A stretch of 64,000 nucleotides of DNA from Gammaproteobacteria bacterium (GCA_963662545.2 CAXXLL010000003.1:352001-416000), one strand, 5' to 3'. Shown: positions 30,301 through 40,542, counted from the stretch's first letter. Made by a program: numbers and translations. The notes: generated from the sequence alone by a model not told the origin.

Positions 30301-33151
30301 CGCGCCACCTGTGAATCATTGCCGCAAAATCCAATGCCCACGCCAAGCTAAATCGATCCCCAAGCTTCCTCGCTAGTGCCAAGGCGGCGGTGCTGGACTC
30401 CATTGCCTGTGTCGGATAGCCCAGCAACCAGCGGGTCATAGCAACCGTAGTATGAGCACATACCCCAAGGTCGAATCCACTTATCCGCACTGTTGAATCA
30501 CGGTGCAGCTCGATATCGTAGAGATCCGCACACTGGTCCAAATGCTCGCGCGCGGCCAGCAGTTCTCCCTGAAAAAATTGGGCATATGAAATTGCGGAAT
30601 GGGCTTTTAGAAGGGTGTTCGAATCATCCTCGTTTTGAGCGAGCCGCACGAGCTTTTCAGCCAGTGTGCGCCCGGTTTTCAGCTCAGACTGCCAGAAATG
30701 ATACACACATATCCCCAGCAGAATATCGGTAACTTCAGGTCTGTCTCCGAGCTGGCGACATAGCGCTTCGGCTCGGCTATAGGTGATTTTGGCTTCCTTA
30801 GTTCCATGCCTTCCGGTAACCATTTGCGCCGCGCCTACCTGCATTTGTATAACGAGCTCCCGTTGGGCTCGTGCCGGGGTGTCATCCAGGGTATGGAGTA
30901 ATTCGAGCGCCTGCGTCAGATGCCGGATGGCCTCAATGTTGGCCGAGCGTTGCGCAGCATTTTGTCCGGCCAGCTGCAAATATTCGATCGCCTTCTCGGT
31001 GTTGCCGCCCTTGGTGTAGTGATACGCGAGCTCACCATAGTGGTCTTCGAGGTTGGACCAGCGCAGGGCTTCTACAGCCTGCGCCGTTTTCTCATGCAAG
31101 GTCTTGCGTCGCTCCTGCAAGACCGTCCCATAGGCCACTTCCTGGGTCAGTGCATGTTTGAAGATGTATTCGACTTCGGTCAGCGCCGGTTGCTCATAGA
31201 GAAACTCCTTCGCCTGCAGCGATGAGAGCAATCGATATAATTCGTCGTCACTCTGCACTACGACCTTGCGCACGAGCCCTAATGGAAACGCCCGGCCGAT
31301 GACCGCGAGTTCTTGTAGCAGCGCTTTCTCGTCGGCCTCCAGTCGGTCAATGCGAGCAGCCAATACCCCCTGTACGTTCGGCGAGAGTTTCAACTCACTC
31401 GGTGTCTCCTCGATGCGGTATTGACCCCGCTCTCCGAGCAGCACACCTTCCTCGGCCAAGGTCTGTACGACCTCCTCCATAAAGAACGGCGTGCCGTCGG
31501 TGCGTTCCAGAATGAGGGCTTTCAAGCCCTTCAGACTTGGGTCATCGCCCATGAGAAAGCTCAGCAACTCCTTAGCCTCTTCCTCGCCCAGGGGCGTCAG
31601 ACGCAGTTGGACGTAATAAGTCTTGCCGCCCCACTCATGACGGTACTCGGGGCGGTAGTTCACAAGCAGCGCGATACACGCACTCGCGATGCTCTCACCG
31701 AGCGACTCCAGAAAGCCCTGCGTCTCACCGTCGATCCAGTGCAAGTCCTCGACGATCACCATCACCGGCTGGTTCAGACTCTCTCGCAGAAACAGCCGCT
31801 TCAGGGCATCGAAGGTTCGCTGACGCCGGATCTGAGGATCCATCTGGTCCAGGCTCGCCGTCGGATCTGGGATCCCGAGAACGGTAAAGAGATAGGGCAG
31901 GGCGTCTTCCAGGTTCCGGTCCAGCCCCAGGACCTTCCCGATGACCTTCTCGCGCCTCGTCCGCTCGTCATCCTCCAGTTTGATCTGGAAGTAGTTCTTG
32001 AGCAGTTCGATGACGGGCAGATAGGGTGAGGCCTTGCTGTGGGAGACCGAATAAGTTTCGAGGACCAGGCAGCCGGCTTGCGAGGTGAGTTTGAACTCGT
32101 AGAACAGCCGCGATTTGCCCAAGCCCGGCTCACCCATCACACCTACGATCTGTCCATGACCCGCTTTCACCTGCTCCAGGGCTTGTTGCATCTGGTCGAG
32201 TTCACTGTGCCGACCCACGAACCGCGAGAGTCCCCGTCGCGCAGCGCGCTCGAGCTTGGTCCGTAAGGGCCCGCCGCCAAGGACCTCGAAGACCTTGAGC
32301 GGCGCTTCCATCCCTTTGACCTGCGTCTCCCCCAGCGCCTTGAGATCGAAATATCCTTCGGTCAATTTCTGTGTCTGCTCCGTCACCAGGATCGAGCCCG
32401 GCGTCGCCATCTCCTGCATCCGCGCCGCGATGTTGGTCGAATGCCCTACCGGCACGTAGTCAGTATGCAGATCGTCTTTGCGAATTGAGCGCACCACGAC
32501 TTCACCCGTGTTGATGCCGATCCGCATGAGCAAGGGCGTGCCGCCACTCAGGCGCAGCTTGTCCGAGTAGCGCCGCATCTCGTCTTGCATTCCGAGTGCC
32601 GCATACAACGCTCGCTGCGGATGATCTTCACGCGCGATCGGCGCACCGAACAAAGCGAAGATCCCATCACCCAGCGCCTGGGCCACATAGCCGTCATAGC
32701 GGTGGACCGCATCAATCATCAGTTGCAGCGCGGGGTCGATGATGGCGCGGGCGTCTTCGGGGTCGAGTCCTTCGATCAGGGCCGTCGAGCCTTTCAGATC
32801 TGCGAACAGCGCGGTGATGGTCTTGCGCTCGCCATCGGTTGCGCCCCTTTTTTCCATGGCCGCCTGTTCGGCCAGGATGCGCTCGGCGAGATGGTGGGGC
32901 GTGTAGCTGGCGGGGGATTGAGACGCGGGTGAAACTGATTCAGTTGCGCAGCTGCGTTCTGTCTGGCCATTCCAGACTAGACCACGGCCGTCACTTTCCT
33001 CAATCTCCGGATGGGAGAACAGGAGTTCTTCTTTAAGTACGTCGAGCTGATCATCGTCCAGATCGAACTCCATTTTGAGCGCACGATACGACATTCGCCC
33101 TTTGCGTTGTAGTAAGGCGCCGGCTTGATCGATAACTTCCGAAAACTTCAC
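27324..33151 (-). pseudogene. Class III adenylate/guanylate cyclase-AAA ATPase-TPR (STAND-like) protein split by IS66
   Basis: LFADLKGST, GDGIFALFG and RIGINTG cyclase motifs; GEPGLGKSRL P-loop; EDLHWID; C-terminal tail (SWELR..SLARLW..FTEGFDT.DL) at 27324-27709. Confidence 0.9.
27710..30064 (-). mobile_element. IS66-family element (tnpA 29688-29978, tnpB 29320-29688, tnpC 27718-29301), 8-bp TSD CTTGCTGT
   Basis: GTAACCGGTCAA ends; TDMR.SF.GL TnpB; HLPLYRQ, MDETP, CWAH.RR, TNHLERALR TnpC. Confidence 0.95.
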
Positions 33152-33297
33152 GGTTGAAGGTCCCTCTCACGCGCTCAGGAGATAAGAGCAGGAAGCGCGC
33201 TTCAGGGGAACCATACAGCGCGCTGAGCCGGGCCACCACTTTTGGACCTCGGCCGAATCATTTCGCGGTAACCGACGGGCCGTATTGCGAGAGCTGG

Positions 33298-33433
33298 ATG
33301 TCCGGAGTTGGCCGAAAGCCGTCACGGTGAAGCGTGGGATTCGCGTCGCCGATGATGGCTGCTTTCGGGGTAAGCGGACGTGGGGTTAATCGACGGCTTC
33401 TCATTCCTCTTCCCCACCCTCCGGTCGAAGCGA
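33298..33433 (+). repeat. Related two-unit palindromic repeat, copy K
   Basis: atgtccggagt-tggccg-aaagccgtcac ... atggctgctttcggggtaagcggacgt; homologous to 36625-36755. Confidence 0.8.
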
Positions 33434-33453
33434 TTCGTGCCGAACGGTAAGTT

Positions 33454-34077
33454 TCAAGGGTTATAGAGCCTACGCAGATGTTTCTTTTGTGCCTGGCGTA
33501 GCAATGTCGCTTTCCTTGTGTGGGTGCGGTCGGATTTACAGAACTCGAGGACGCGGAACTCAAAGCTATCGGCACCGTATTTCTGCAAATCGAGCAACAA
33601 TCGCTTCGGCAGTGAGCTTTTTGTTTGGGCTTTGAGATTAGATGACCAGCTACCCTTTGCGCTCAGCAGGTTTGTGCTGCTCCCGATGTAGTATCGCCTG
33701 GTTGGTTTACATCGGATGGCATAGACGCCCGCTCGACTCTCGGGCGGTTGGTCGTGTTTGTCGGCACGAGGCAGTGCCGTAATGCGCGGCGGACTGGTGA
33801 TTGCATCCTGTTCGGAATAGCCGCGGGCGATACGGTAATAGAACGTCGCGTGGTCGCGGTTGTAGTGTCGCAGCCATTCTGCTAACGAACGGGTATCACC
33901 ATCGATGGTGATGAGCCGGGTAGTGTTCTTGGTCGGTCGGGCAACCGCTTCGGCAAGCTTTGCGCCTTTTCTCAGACGATTATGGTTGGTGTTGGGGTGT
34001 AGCCCGTTATCAGCCGCCCATTGCTGTAGAGGTTTGGTAACACCGTGTACTGTGATGAGGGTTGGAGGTCGGCCCAT
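33454..34077 (-). CDS. GIY-YIG nuclease with duplicated N-terminal phage-type DNA-binding repeats
   Basis: Two IT(V/I)xGxT(K/R)xLxxW repeats, then GVYAIRC...YYIGSS and LQKYG.DSFEFRVLE. Confidence 0.75.
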   Translation of the reverse strand: MGRPPTLITVHGVTKPLQQWAADNGLHPNTNHNRLRKGAKLAEAVARPTKNTTRLITIDGDTRSLAEWLRHYNRDHATFYYRIARGYSEQDAITSPPRITALPRADKHDQPPESRAGVYAIRCKPTRRYYIGSSTNLLSAKGSWSSNLKAQTKSSLPKRLLLDLQKYGADSFEFRVLEFCKSDRTHTRKATLLRQAQKKHLRRLYNP

Positions 34078-34235
34078 AGTGGGTGTTCCAAATTTTGCGT
34101 TGTCTTTTTTCGGTACGATACACGTAGCGGTTCCGACGAAGTCCCAGCCGAAACCTAATTAGCGGATTTTAGCGATATCCTGATTCATTGAAGTCGCGTT
34201 TGCCAAGCAACAAACCAGCCGGAGCACGAAAATTC

Positions 34236-34925
34236 ATGTCTAGCATCAAGTTCGACGGCGTCCGGGCCTGCGTATTCGATGCCTACGGCACGCTATTCGA
34301 CGTACACTCGGCAGTGGCGCGGTATCGCGCGCGCCTGGGCGACGCGGCGGATCGGGTCTCCGCTACCTGGCGAACCAAACAGCTGGAATACACCTGGCTT
34401 CGTAGCCTGATGGATCGCTACGTCGACTTCTGGCAAGTGACGTCTGACGGTCTTGCGTTTGCCCTCGAGGCTAACGGCATCGACGACGAGGCGTTACACG
34501 AGGATTTGATGAATGCTTGCTTGTCGCTCGACTGTTATCCTGAGGTACCGGAGGTTCTCAAGACCTTGAAGACCGCCGGAATGCAGACGGCGATACTCTC
34601 CAATGGATCGCCCAAAATGTTGGATGCCGCCATAGAGAGCTCGAAACTCGGAGAGTTTCTGGACGCCTGCTATTCGGTCGACGAACTCAGGATCTACAAG
34701 CCGCATGCTTCGGTGTACCAGCTCGCGGTCGACCGCCTCGGGGTGGCGCCGCGCGAGATCAGTTTCCAGTCGTCCAATGCTTGGGATGCAGCGGCGGCCG
34801 CGACCTTTGGCTTCCGCGTTGCCTGGTGTAACCGATTCGGGCAGGCCCCGGAACGATTGCCGGATGGCCCGGACGTCGAGATCAAAACGCTCAGCGAGCT
34901 TCCCGCCATCGTCTTACCTGGGTGA
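34236..34925 (+). CDS. Haloacid dehalogenase type II
   Basis: FDAYGTLFD, WR.KQLEYTW, LSNG, YKP, SSNAWD. Confidence 0.92.
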   Translation: MSSIKFDGVRACVFDAYGTLFDVHSAVARYRARLGDAADRVSATWRTKQLEYTWLRSLMDRYVDFWQVTSDGLAFALEANGIDDEALHEDLMNACLSLDCYPEVPEVLKTLKTAGMQTAILSNGSPKMLDAAIESSKLGEFLDACYSVDELRIYKPHASVYQLAVDRLGVAPREISFQSSNAWDAAAAATFGFRVAWCNRFGQAPERLPDGPDVEIKTLSELPAIVLPG

Positions 34926-35004
34926 TTCCGGACGCTTGGTTGTGACTGTGAAATAACAGTGAAACAGACCCTCGATCGTCCACCGCTGCAACCATTCACG
35001 GCGA

Positions 35005-35150
35005 GCGCCGATTCGAGCGTCCTGACGAGTTCGATATTGGACGCGATCCGCACCTGCATCTGACCTGCGACTACGGTATCCATTTCTGTGTCGGTGCGCC
35101 GCTTGCGCGGCTCGAAGGCGATGTCGCGATCGGCGCCTCTCGCGCAAATC
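35005..35150 (+). pseudogene. Cytochrome P450 heme-binding fragment
   Basis: Hand translation: [34 protein letters not shown]. Confidence 0.75.
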
Positions 35151-35289
35151 CAGTAGCCGAGAACTATTCCGTACAAGTTGCCTATTCCTACGCAGGCGCG
35201 TAGATAGTCTCTGTAGCATGCATTCATGGCCGGCCTCCTTTCGGGGCAAAGCTGCTCTGCGCTGGCTGGCGGAAGATACGGCGCCCTAC

Positions 35290-35318
35290 ATAGCACCCTT
35301 CGGGGCGCTTTCTTTTGT
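35290..35318 (+). terminator. Hairpin/terminator module, copy 1 of 3
   Basis: agcaccc-ttcg-gggcgct plus ttcttttg; also at ~38015 and ~39253. Confidence 0.7.
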
Positions 35319-35346
35319 CTGCAGATTCAATTACAACGATCAATCC

Positions 35347-35733
35347 ATGGCCGACAATCCCCTCTCCCCCTACCTGATATACCGCCCGCAGCTGACCTCG
35401 GTCCTATCGTTCACGCATCGCGCGACTGGTGTATTCCTGAGCCTCGGCACGGTGATCCTGCTGTACTGGCTGGTTGCAGCGGCGCTCGGTGCCAATGCCT
35501 ACACCGAGGCGCAGCGCTACATAGCATCCGTACCGTCGCAAATCGTGCTAGCCGCCTGGACGTTCTCCTTCTATTTCCACCTATTGAATGGCGTGCGGCA
35601 TCTGTTTTGGGACCTGGGCTTGGGATTCGAACTCGACACCGCCTACAAGACGGGTTACGCGGTGCTCGTGCTGACGGTCGTCATGACCGGGCTGACCTGG
35701 GCCTGCGTACTGGCCCAGGCTGGGGTGTTATGA
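35347..35733 (+). CDS. sdhC: Succinate dehydrogenase cytochrome b556 subunit (orphan; followed by ~10 codons resembling the sdhD start)
   Basis: PLSP..IYRPQLTSVLSFTHRATG, HLLNGVRHLFWD.G.G. Confidence 0.9.
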   Translation: MADNPLSPYLIYRPQLTSVLSFTHRATGVFLSLGTVILLYWLVAAALGANAYTEAQRYIASVPSQIVLAAWTFSFYFHLLNGVRHLFWDLGLGFELDTAYKTGYAVLVLTVVMTGLTWACVLAQAGVL

Positions 35734-36125
35734 ATCTGCGCTGCGACTTGAGCCGCGCGATTTCCGAAACGCTTTCAAAGTTGCTGAACTATCCATCCGC
35801 TTCCAACGCAAAGGTGGAGAGTTACTAAAAGCTAATGGGTTTGGTGAGTGGGGCGGTGATCGAAAATCAAAGGTCAACGTGACCCTTGATCAATTAGGGA
35901 TTCCCCCTAACGACTCAAAACGTTACCAACAACTGAACCGGGTACCTGAGCCCGTAGGCAGAATTTCAAGTCTGCAGACAGCAATCGACGGTTATCAATA
36001 ATTGAATTACCTGAATCGGCGGGTTAACTTCTTGAGATGGCGGACAATATACCAAGCAACCTGGAATATCGTTATACGGATCCATGGGCCCGTTTAATAT
36101 TCTGTTAGGTGTAAGGAGAAACCAA

Positions 36126-36465
36126 TTGAACTGGGGTGCAATTAGCGGTATTGCCGTTGCGGTAAGCGCTATCGGCGTCATCGCGTCGCTAATTTACATC
36201 GCCATCTAAATCAAGAAAAACACCGTAGAAATCAGAAGGTCGAACGCTAGGTCAACCGCGCACGATCATGCTTTAGCAATACACGCCATATTTCAGGATC
36301 CCGATGTTTCGGAAATCATCTTACGCGGACTAGACAATCTGGGGGATTTAAACCCTACAGAACGATATCGATTTGATCTCGCGACACTAGTATGGCTCCA
36401 AGCGATAGAACAGGCATTCGCAGATATTCGTCAACGCAATTATCCCGACGATCTGGAGGATACCT
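36126..36465 (+). pseudogene. 'MNW' paralog 4, in-frame TAA at 36207 and 3' truncation
   Basis: AAGGAG RBS, TTG start: NWGAISGIAVAVSAIGVIASLIYIAI*IKKNT...ERYRFDL. Confidence 0.8.
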
Positions 36466-36625
36466 GTTGATTTGTACTCGAAATTGATCCATTTAAGTTA
36501 GGGTTTTGCGTTTCGCCGTGACCCGCCATGTCGGCGTTAACACGATGATTGGGTTCTCGAATCGACCTACTACCTTGGTCATTGCTCAGTGCAAAAGGTG
36601 GGTCAATCTGGTGTGCAAATCAACA
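36466..36625. mobile_element. IS21-derived MITE/remnant
   Basis: TGTTGATTTGTAC...GTGCAAATCAACA terminal IRs with internal GACCC/GGGTC repeats; no TSD seen. Confidence 0.7.
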
Positions 36626-36755
36626 CGCTATTGGCCGAAAGCCGCCATGGTCAGGTGAGGGATTCGCATTGCCGGTGATGGCTGCTTTCGGGTTAAGCGG
36701 ACGTGGGCTTGATCGGCGCTTCTTATTCCTCTTTCTCACCCTCCGGCCAAAGCGC
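36625..36755 (+). repeat. Related two-unit palindromic repeat, copy L
   Basis: tggccgaaagccgcc...gggattcgc...gatggctgctttcgggttaagcggacgt...caccctccgg. Confidence 0.8.
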
Positions 36756-36926
36756 CTTACCCAAAATGGCCATCGTCACAGCGTTTCCAATGAGAACAGA
36801 CATGAACATCGTTGTCGATTCTATCGGTGCTGCTTCAGCCCCTCTCGCGCATATCCAATAACCGAGGACAAGGCCGTATAGATTGCCGATACCAACACAG
36901 GCACTTAGATAGGATTTATAGCGTTT

Positions 36927-37556
36927 TCAATCGTCTTTCTTGAGATATGTACTGAATAACTGCTCGAACTCGTCCTCACCGATTTCATGATCTTCAACCG
37001 TGAGAGTGAGATGGCGTTCTACAGAACTACGCACCAAGTCATTTACCTTCGAGACGATGTCGATAGAGACTGATGCGAATCTGAAGTCAGTTACGGCAAG
37101 CCCTGTAACTCCCTCATCAGTATCAATCGGTAGCGGCACGACGAGGGGCAGCAGGTTTGCATCAAGCAACAATTGGAAGCCCCGGTAAACACTGCCTTTA
37201 AAAACGATGGCACTTTCGTCATTTCTGTCGGCGATTCCACGTAGTAAATCACGCCGCGTGCTGCTTAGATCGACCAGGATATGGCAATGATCTGCGCCGA
37301 GAAAGGTCAAGCTATCCCAATCGTTGCCTTGTAGGTCGCAAACGACCCCGACAATTCCTATGTCCCAGCACGGCGCGACACGCGCCGGCAGGATATCCTT
37401 CAGTACCCCCCGATCCTTGAATACTAGTTTCCCTTTTTCCATTACGAGGTTACCCAGCAGCAATGCGTCATCCTTGCTCCGCATGACGAGTAATTCCCCC
37501 AAGCCGCGGAGAAACAGATTGCGGTAGAGATTTTTCGGCGGGGACTTATTCATCAT
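36927..37556 (-). CDS. Hypothetical protein
   Basis: 209-aa ORF with GGAG RBS; no motif recognised. Confidence 0.7.
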   Translation of the reverse strand: MMNKSPPKNLYRNLFLRGLGELLVMRSKDDALLLGNLVMEKGKLVFKDRGVLKDILPARVAPCWDIGIVGVVCDLQGNDWDSLTFLGADHCHILVDLSSTRRDLLRGIADRNDESAIVFKGSVYRGFQLLLDANLLPLVVPLPIDTDEGVTGLAVTDFRFASVSIDIVSKVNDLVRSSVERHLTLTVEDHEIGEDEFEQLFSTYLKKDD

Positions 37557-38206
37557 CGGGACTCCGTCGAACCTTAATCTGACCTGTCCTCGGTCGCGTC
37601 GTTACGAGTATTTTCGATGTCGTTGGCCTCGGGCGGGATCTCGGATGAAAAGTCATGCTGGATCATCCGATGATCTCTACCAGAAACGAGCAGTGGAGCG
37701 TAACCCGGCGCATAAAAATGTACCGCGTTCAGATTAGTTTTTGGGTGGCTGGCTACCGTGAAACACAGACCGAAACGCCTTGTTGAGCCGTCGCCAGCGA
37801 GACATTCCCCGCGGCCCGAGAGGAATCCCTACCCTGTCTTAATTAGGCCGATACGCACCCCGAAAATGGGGCTTTCTGGCGATGCACAAGACGTTTACGA
37901 AATGCCGGAACTCCATGGCAATGCTAAGGGGAACTAGGTTGATTAACGACGAGAGCTAGAGCGGTGAAGCGAATGGACAGGCCGTGGCGTCAGGAAGAGC
38001 GCCACATTTCATACGGCGCCCTTCGGGGCGCTTTCTTTTGCGGCCTTTGAGGGTGGGCGAATGCTGCCAGTCCAGGCTAACCCGTCGATATGCATTGTCG
38101 CGTTCAGTAGTGCGAATTAGTTCACAGTTTTTAACAATTCAGGTACCCCTGCATAGTGCTCTTGGCGAAACTCTAATCGATGAATGCCGTTCATTGGAGG
38201 TCGCAG

Positions 38207-38583
38207 ATGAGCGAAGATAAAACGACTCCCCGCACCCTCTGGACTCAGACGCTTTTAGACATATTGGAATCGGCGATAAAGCAAAAGAAGGATAAAGAAA
38301 CTCTGGGTGTCTTAAAGGAATTCAGAGCCAAAGGATATGGCAAAGCGCAGATACTCAACTACGCCAATAAGCAAAACGACTCCCCGCACCCTCTGGACTC
38401 AGATGGCAAAAGAAGGATAAAGAAACTCCAGCCAATAAGCATATGGCCCCAGAATTCAGAGCCAAAGGATATGGCAAAGCGCAGATACTCAACTACGCCA
38501 ATAAGCATATGGCCCCAGAAGATGCTAAGCATTTGAAGCGAATGATTGACTCGTTGGGCAACTCAGGGCGGAAAGTGAGTTAA
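38207..38583 (+). CDS. Small hypothetical protein disturbed by an internal patchwork duplication
   Basis: GGAGG RBS; MSEDKTTPRTLW...NYANK continues as HMAPEDAKHLKRMIDSL...* after the duplicated block. Confidence 0.55.
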
Positions 38584-38875
38584 TTCGCACCTGATATAGA
38601 AATAGATCTGAACATCTCCGAGCGTCGTAAACGGCGACCATTCAACGCCCTGCAGGCGCCTTCTTTTTGCTTTACCAGCGGCGGACTGAAATAGGCGGAT
38701 TCTAGGGAATGTAGGCGAAGTACAACATTGGAAACAGCAAAACGGCAACGATATAGACCATCCCCTCGAATCCGCGTCCCTCGAGCCTTCCGATGTAATG
38801 CGCGACGATTACGATGATTGCAACTGCGTAGTAAAGAGCTATGAGAATGTTTTCCATGAGGAGATAACGGGCCAA

Positions 38876-39046
38876 TCACGCTGGGACGAGCTCGGTCGTT
38901 TCAGCGAAACGCTTGTCGTATTCAACGACGTGTATGTCGTATTCGGTTCTGGGTAGCTTTTCGACACCGGGGCAAACGACTTTGTGGGTGTTGTTGTACG
39001 CTAAACGAACTGGAGGGGGAGCCCAGTTGAATTCTCTGTGTTTCAT
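38876..39046 (-). CDS. Small hypothetical protein (56 aa)
   Basis: Hand translation MKHREFNWAPPPVRLAY...ELVPA; GGGAGA RBS. Confidence 0.45.
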   Translation of the reverse strand: MKHREFNWAPPPVRLAYNNTHKVVCPGVEKLPRTEYDIHVVEYDKRFAETTELVPA

Positions 39047-39310
39047 GTTTCATCTCCCGCTAAAAGGGACGAATTAGCATCGGTAACGGCAATGAGGGGT
39101 TCGCCCTTTAATTAGGTGGCAGTGCGGGAAGGTGGGACATGCCGAATATCAAAGGCCATCTTATTTTGCCCCGCCTGAATCGCCCATAAGGCCATGAAAC
39201 GGCCTTCGTAGCCGACCATACGAGCTATGGCGCCAAGGACAGCACTCTACATAGCGCCCTTCGGGGCGCTTTCTTTTGCGGCCTTTGAGGGTGGGCCAAT
39301 TGACCTATGC

Positions 39311-39778
39311 TTATGCGACTTCTGCGTCAGTTCCCTCATGCATGAGTTGGTCGGCGAAGAACGCATTAAGAACGCGCTCGGATTGCACGCTGAGCTGGAC
39401 AAAGCGCATACCCGCAACGCACCGGGGTTCTGTATCAACCGTCCTTAAGTAGAGCATCTGGCATCGTACCGTCAATGTTTTACTGCCGTTTCCCACGGGC
39501 AATGAGATGGTCGCCGTTACGCCGGGTGTATTGAGCGGATCGATCTTGTGTCCCTGGGGGCAAAATAGTCGTGCACTTTCTACCGCGCATCGCATCTGCA
39601 GCCCATCCGGCGAAATATTGATAACCGCGGCCGTAAATTTACTGCCCGTGTCGGTTACAAAACCCGCTTTGATATTCAGCGGAACCCTGGGGTAATGTCG
39701 TTGTTCGTCAAGGTTGTCTACCACCTGCCATAGCAGGCTCCGTTTGCTGGTCGCCACATCGACATTTGGACTGTTCAT
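39311..39778 (-). CDS. PilZ domain protein
   Basis: EQRHYPR (RxxxR) and NISPDG (D/NxSxxG) motifs, G.RF at the end. Confidence 0.85.
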   Translation of the reverse strand: MNSPNVDVATSKRSLLWQVVDNLDEQRHYPRVPLNIKAGFVTDTGSKFTAAVINISPDGLQMRCAVESARLFCPQGHKIDPLNTPGVTATISLPVGNGSKTLTVRCQMLYLRTVDTEPRCVAGMRFVQLSVQSERVLNAFFADQLMHEGTDAEVA

Positions 39779-39808
39779 TGGCTTCTCTTCGCGGACAAAT
39801 AATCTGTG

Positions 39809-40032
39809 TCAGCGTGAATCATACAAATCAGTTTCCAAGATATTTCGCTCGTGGAGCAGCTCTAGTAATTCATCGTGTGCGCGGGACCAATCAACGAACG
39901 ATGTTCCGTCGGTGACTGTACATGCGGTGAGAATTTTCTCTGCCTCGCTTTCCATCCCCGCTTTCCGCGCAAATATGAGCAATGAGGTGACGTGGGCTCT
40001 TTCGAGATAACCATGCTGTGGTTGTTCCATTG
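39809..40032 (-). CDS. Hypothetical protein
   Basis: GGAGG RBS; co-oriented directly upstream of the PilZ gene. Confidence 0.55.
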
Positions 40033-40230
40033 CGGTGTCCTCCGATCTTGTCGACAAGTTCCGACATTTAATCTGGAGGGTCTATCGCCCGGGCGACGAT
40101 TTCACTTAACAACCTGCAACACTGATTGTGGAATGGCGCACACTGACGGTGGCCGGTTTGTGACGGCCGTCACAGCCCGCATCCAAGCTCCATTGGCGCG
40201 CCGCTTTCTGATGACCCTTCCCAGCGCCTT

Positions 40231-40542
40231 TCAGGAAAGCGTTATATATCCCCGATGAAGAGCATGTTCGAGGGCTTCGAAACCGGCCACGGCTTCTTCA
40301 TACGTCTGGCGTAATTGCTTAATTTCCATGGCGTGATCACTATCTATTCCATCTGTTTCGGTACACGCGCCCAGCTTCAGGACACCTTTTAGATATCGTG
40401 CGCGCAAATCGGACACGGACTCCGCGACCTTGAAGACGTCGGCCTTGCTGACAGCGCCGGTAATTTCACCAATACGCTCCCGATTCAGCACCGTGATGGC
40501 GTGATCGAGTTCATTGGATAAACGACGTGATTCGTTTGACAT
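40231..40542 (-). CDS. Hypothetical helical protein
   Basis: 103 aa, GGGAGG RBS. Confidence 0.65.
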   Translation of the reverse strand: MSNESRRLSNELDHAITVLNRERIGEITGAVSKADVFKVAESVSDLRARYLKGVLKLGACTETDGIDSDHAMEIKQLRQTYEEAVAGFEALEHALHRGYITLS

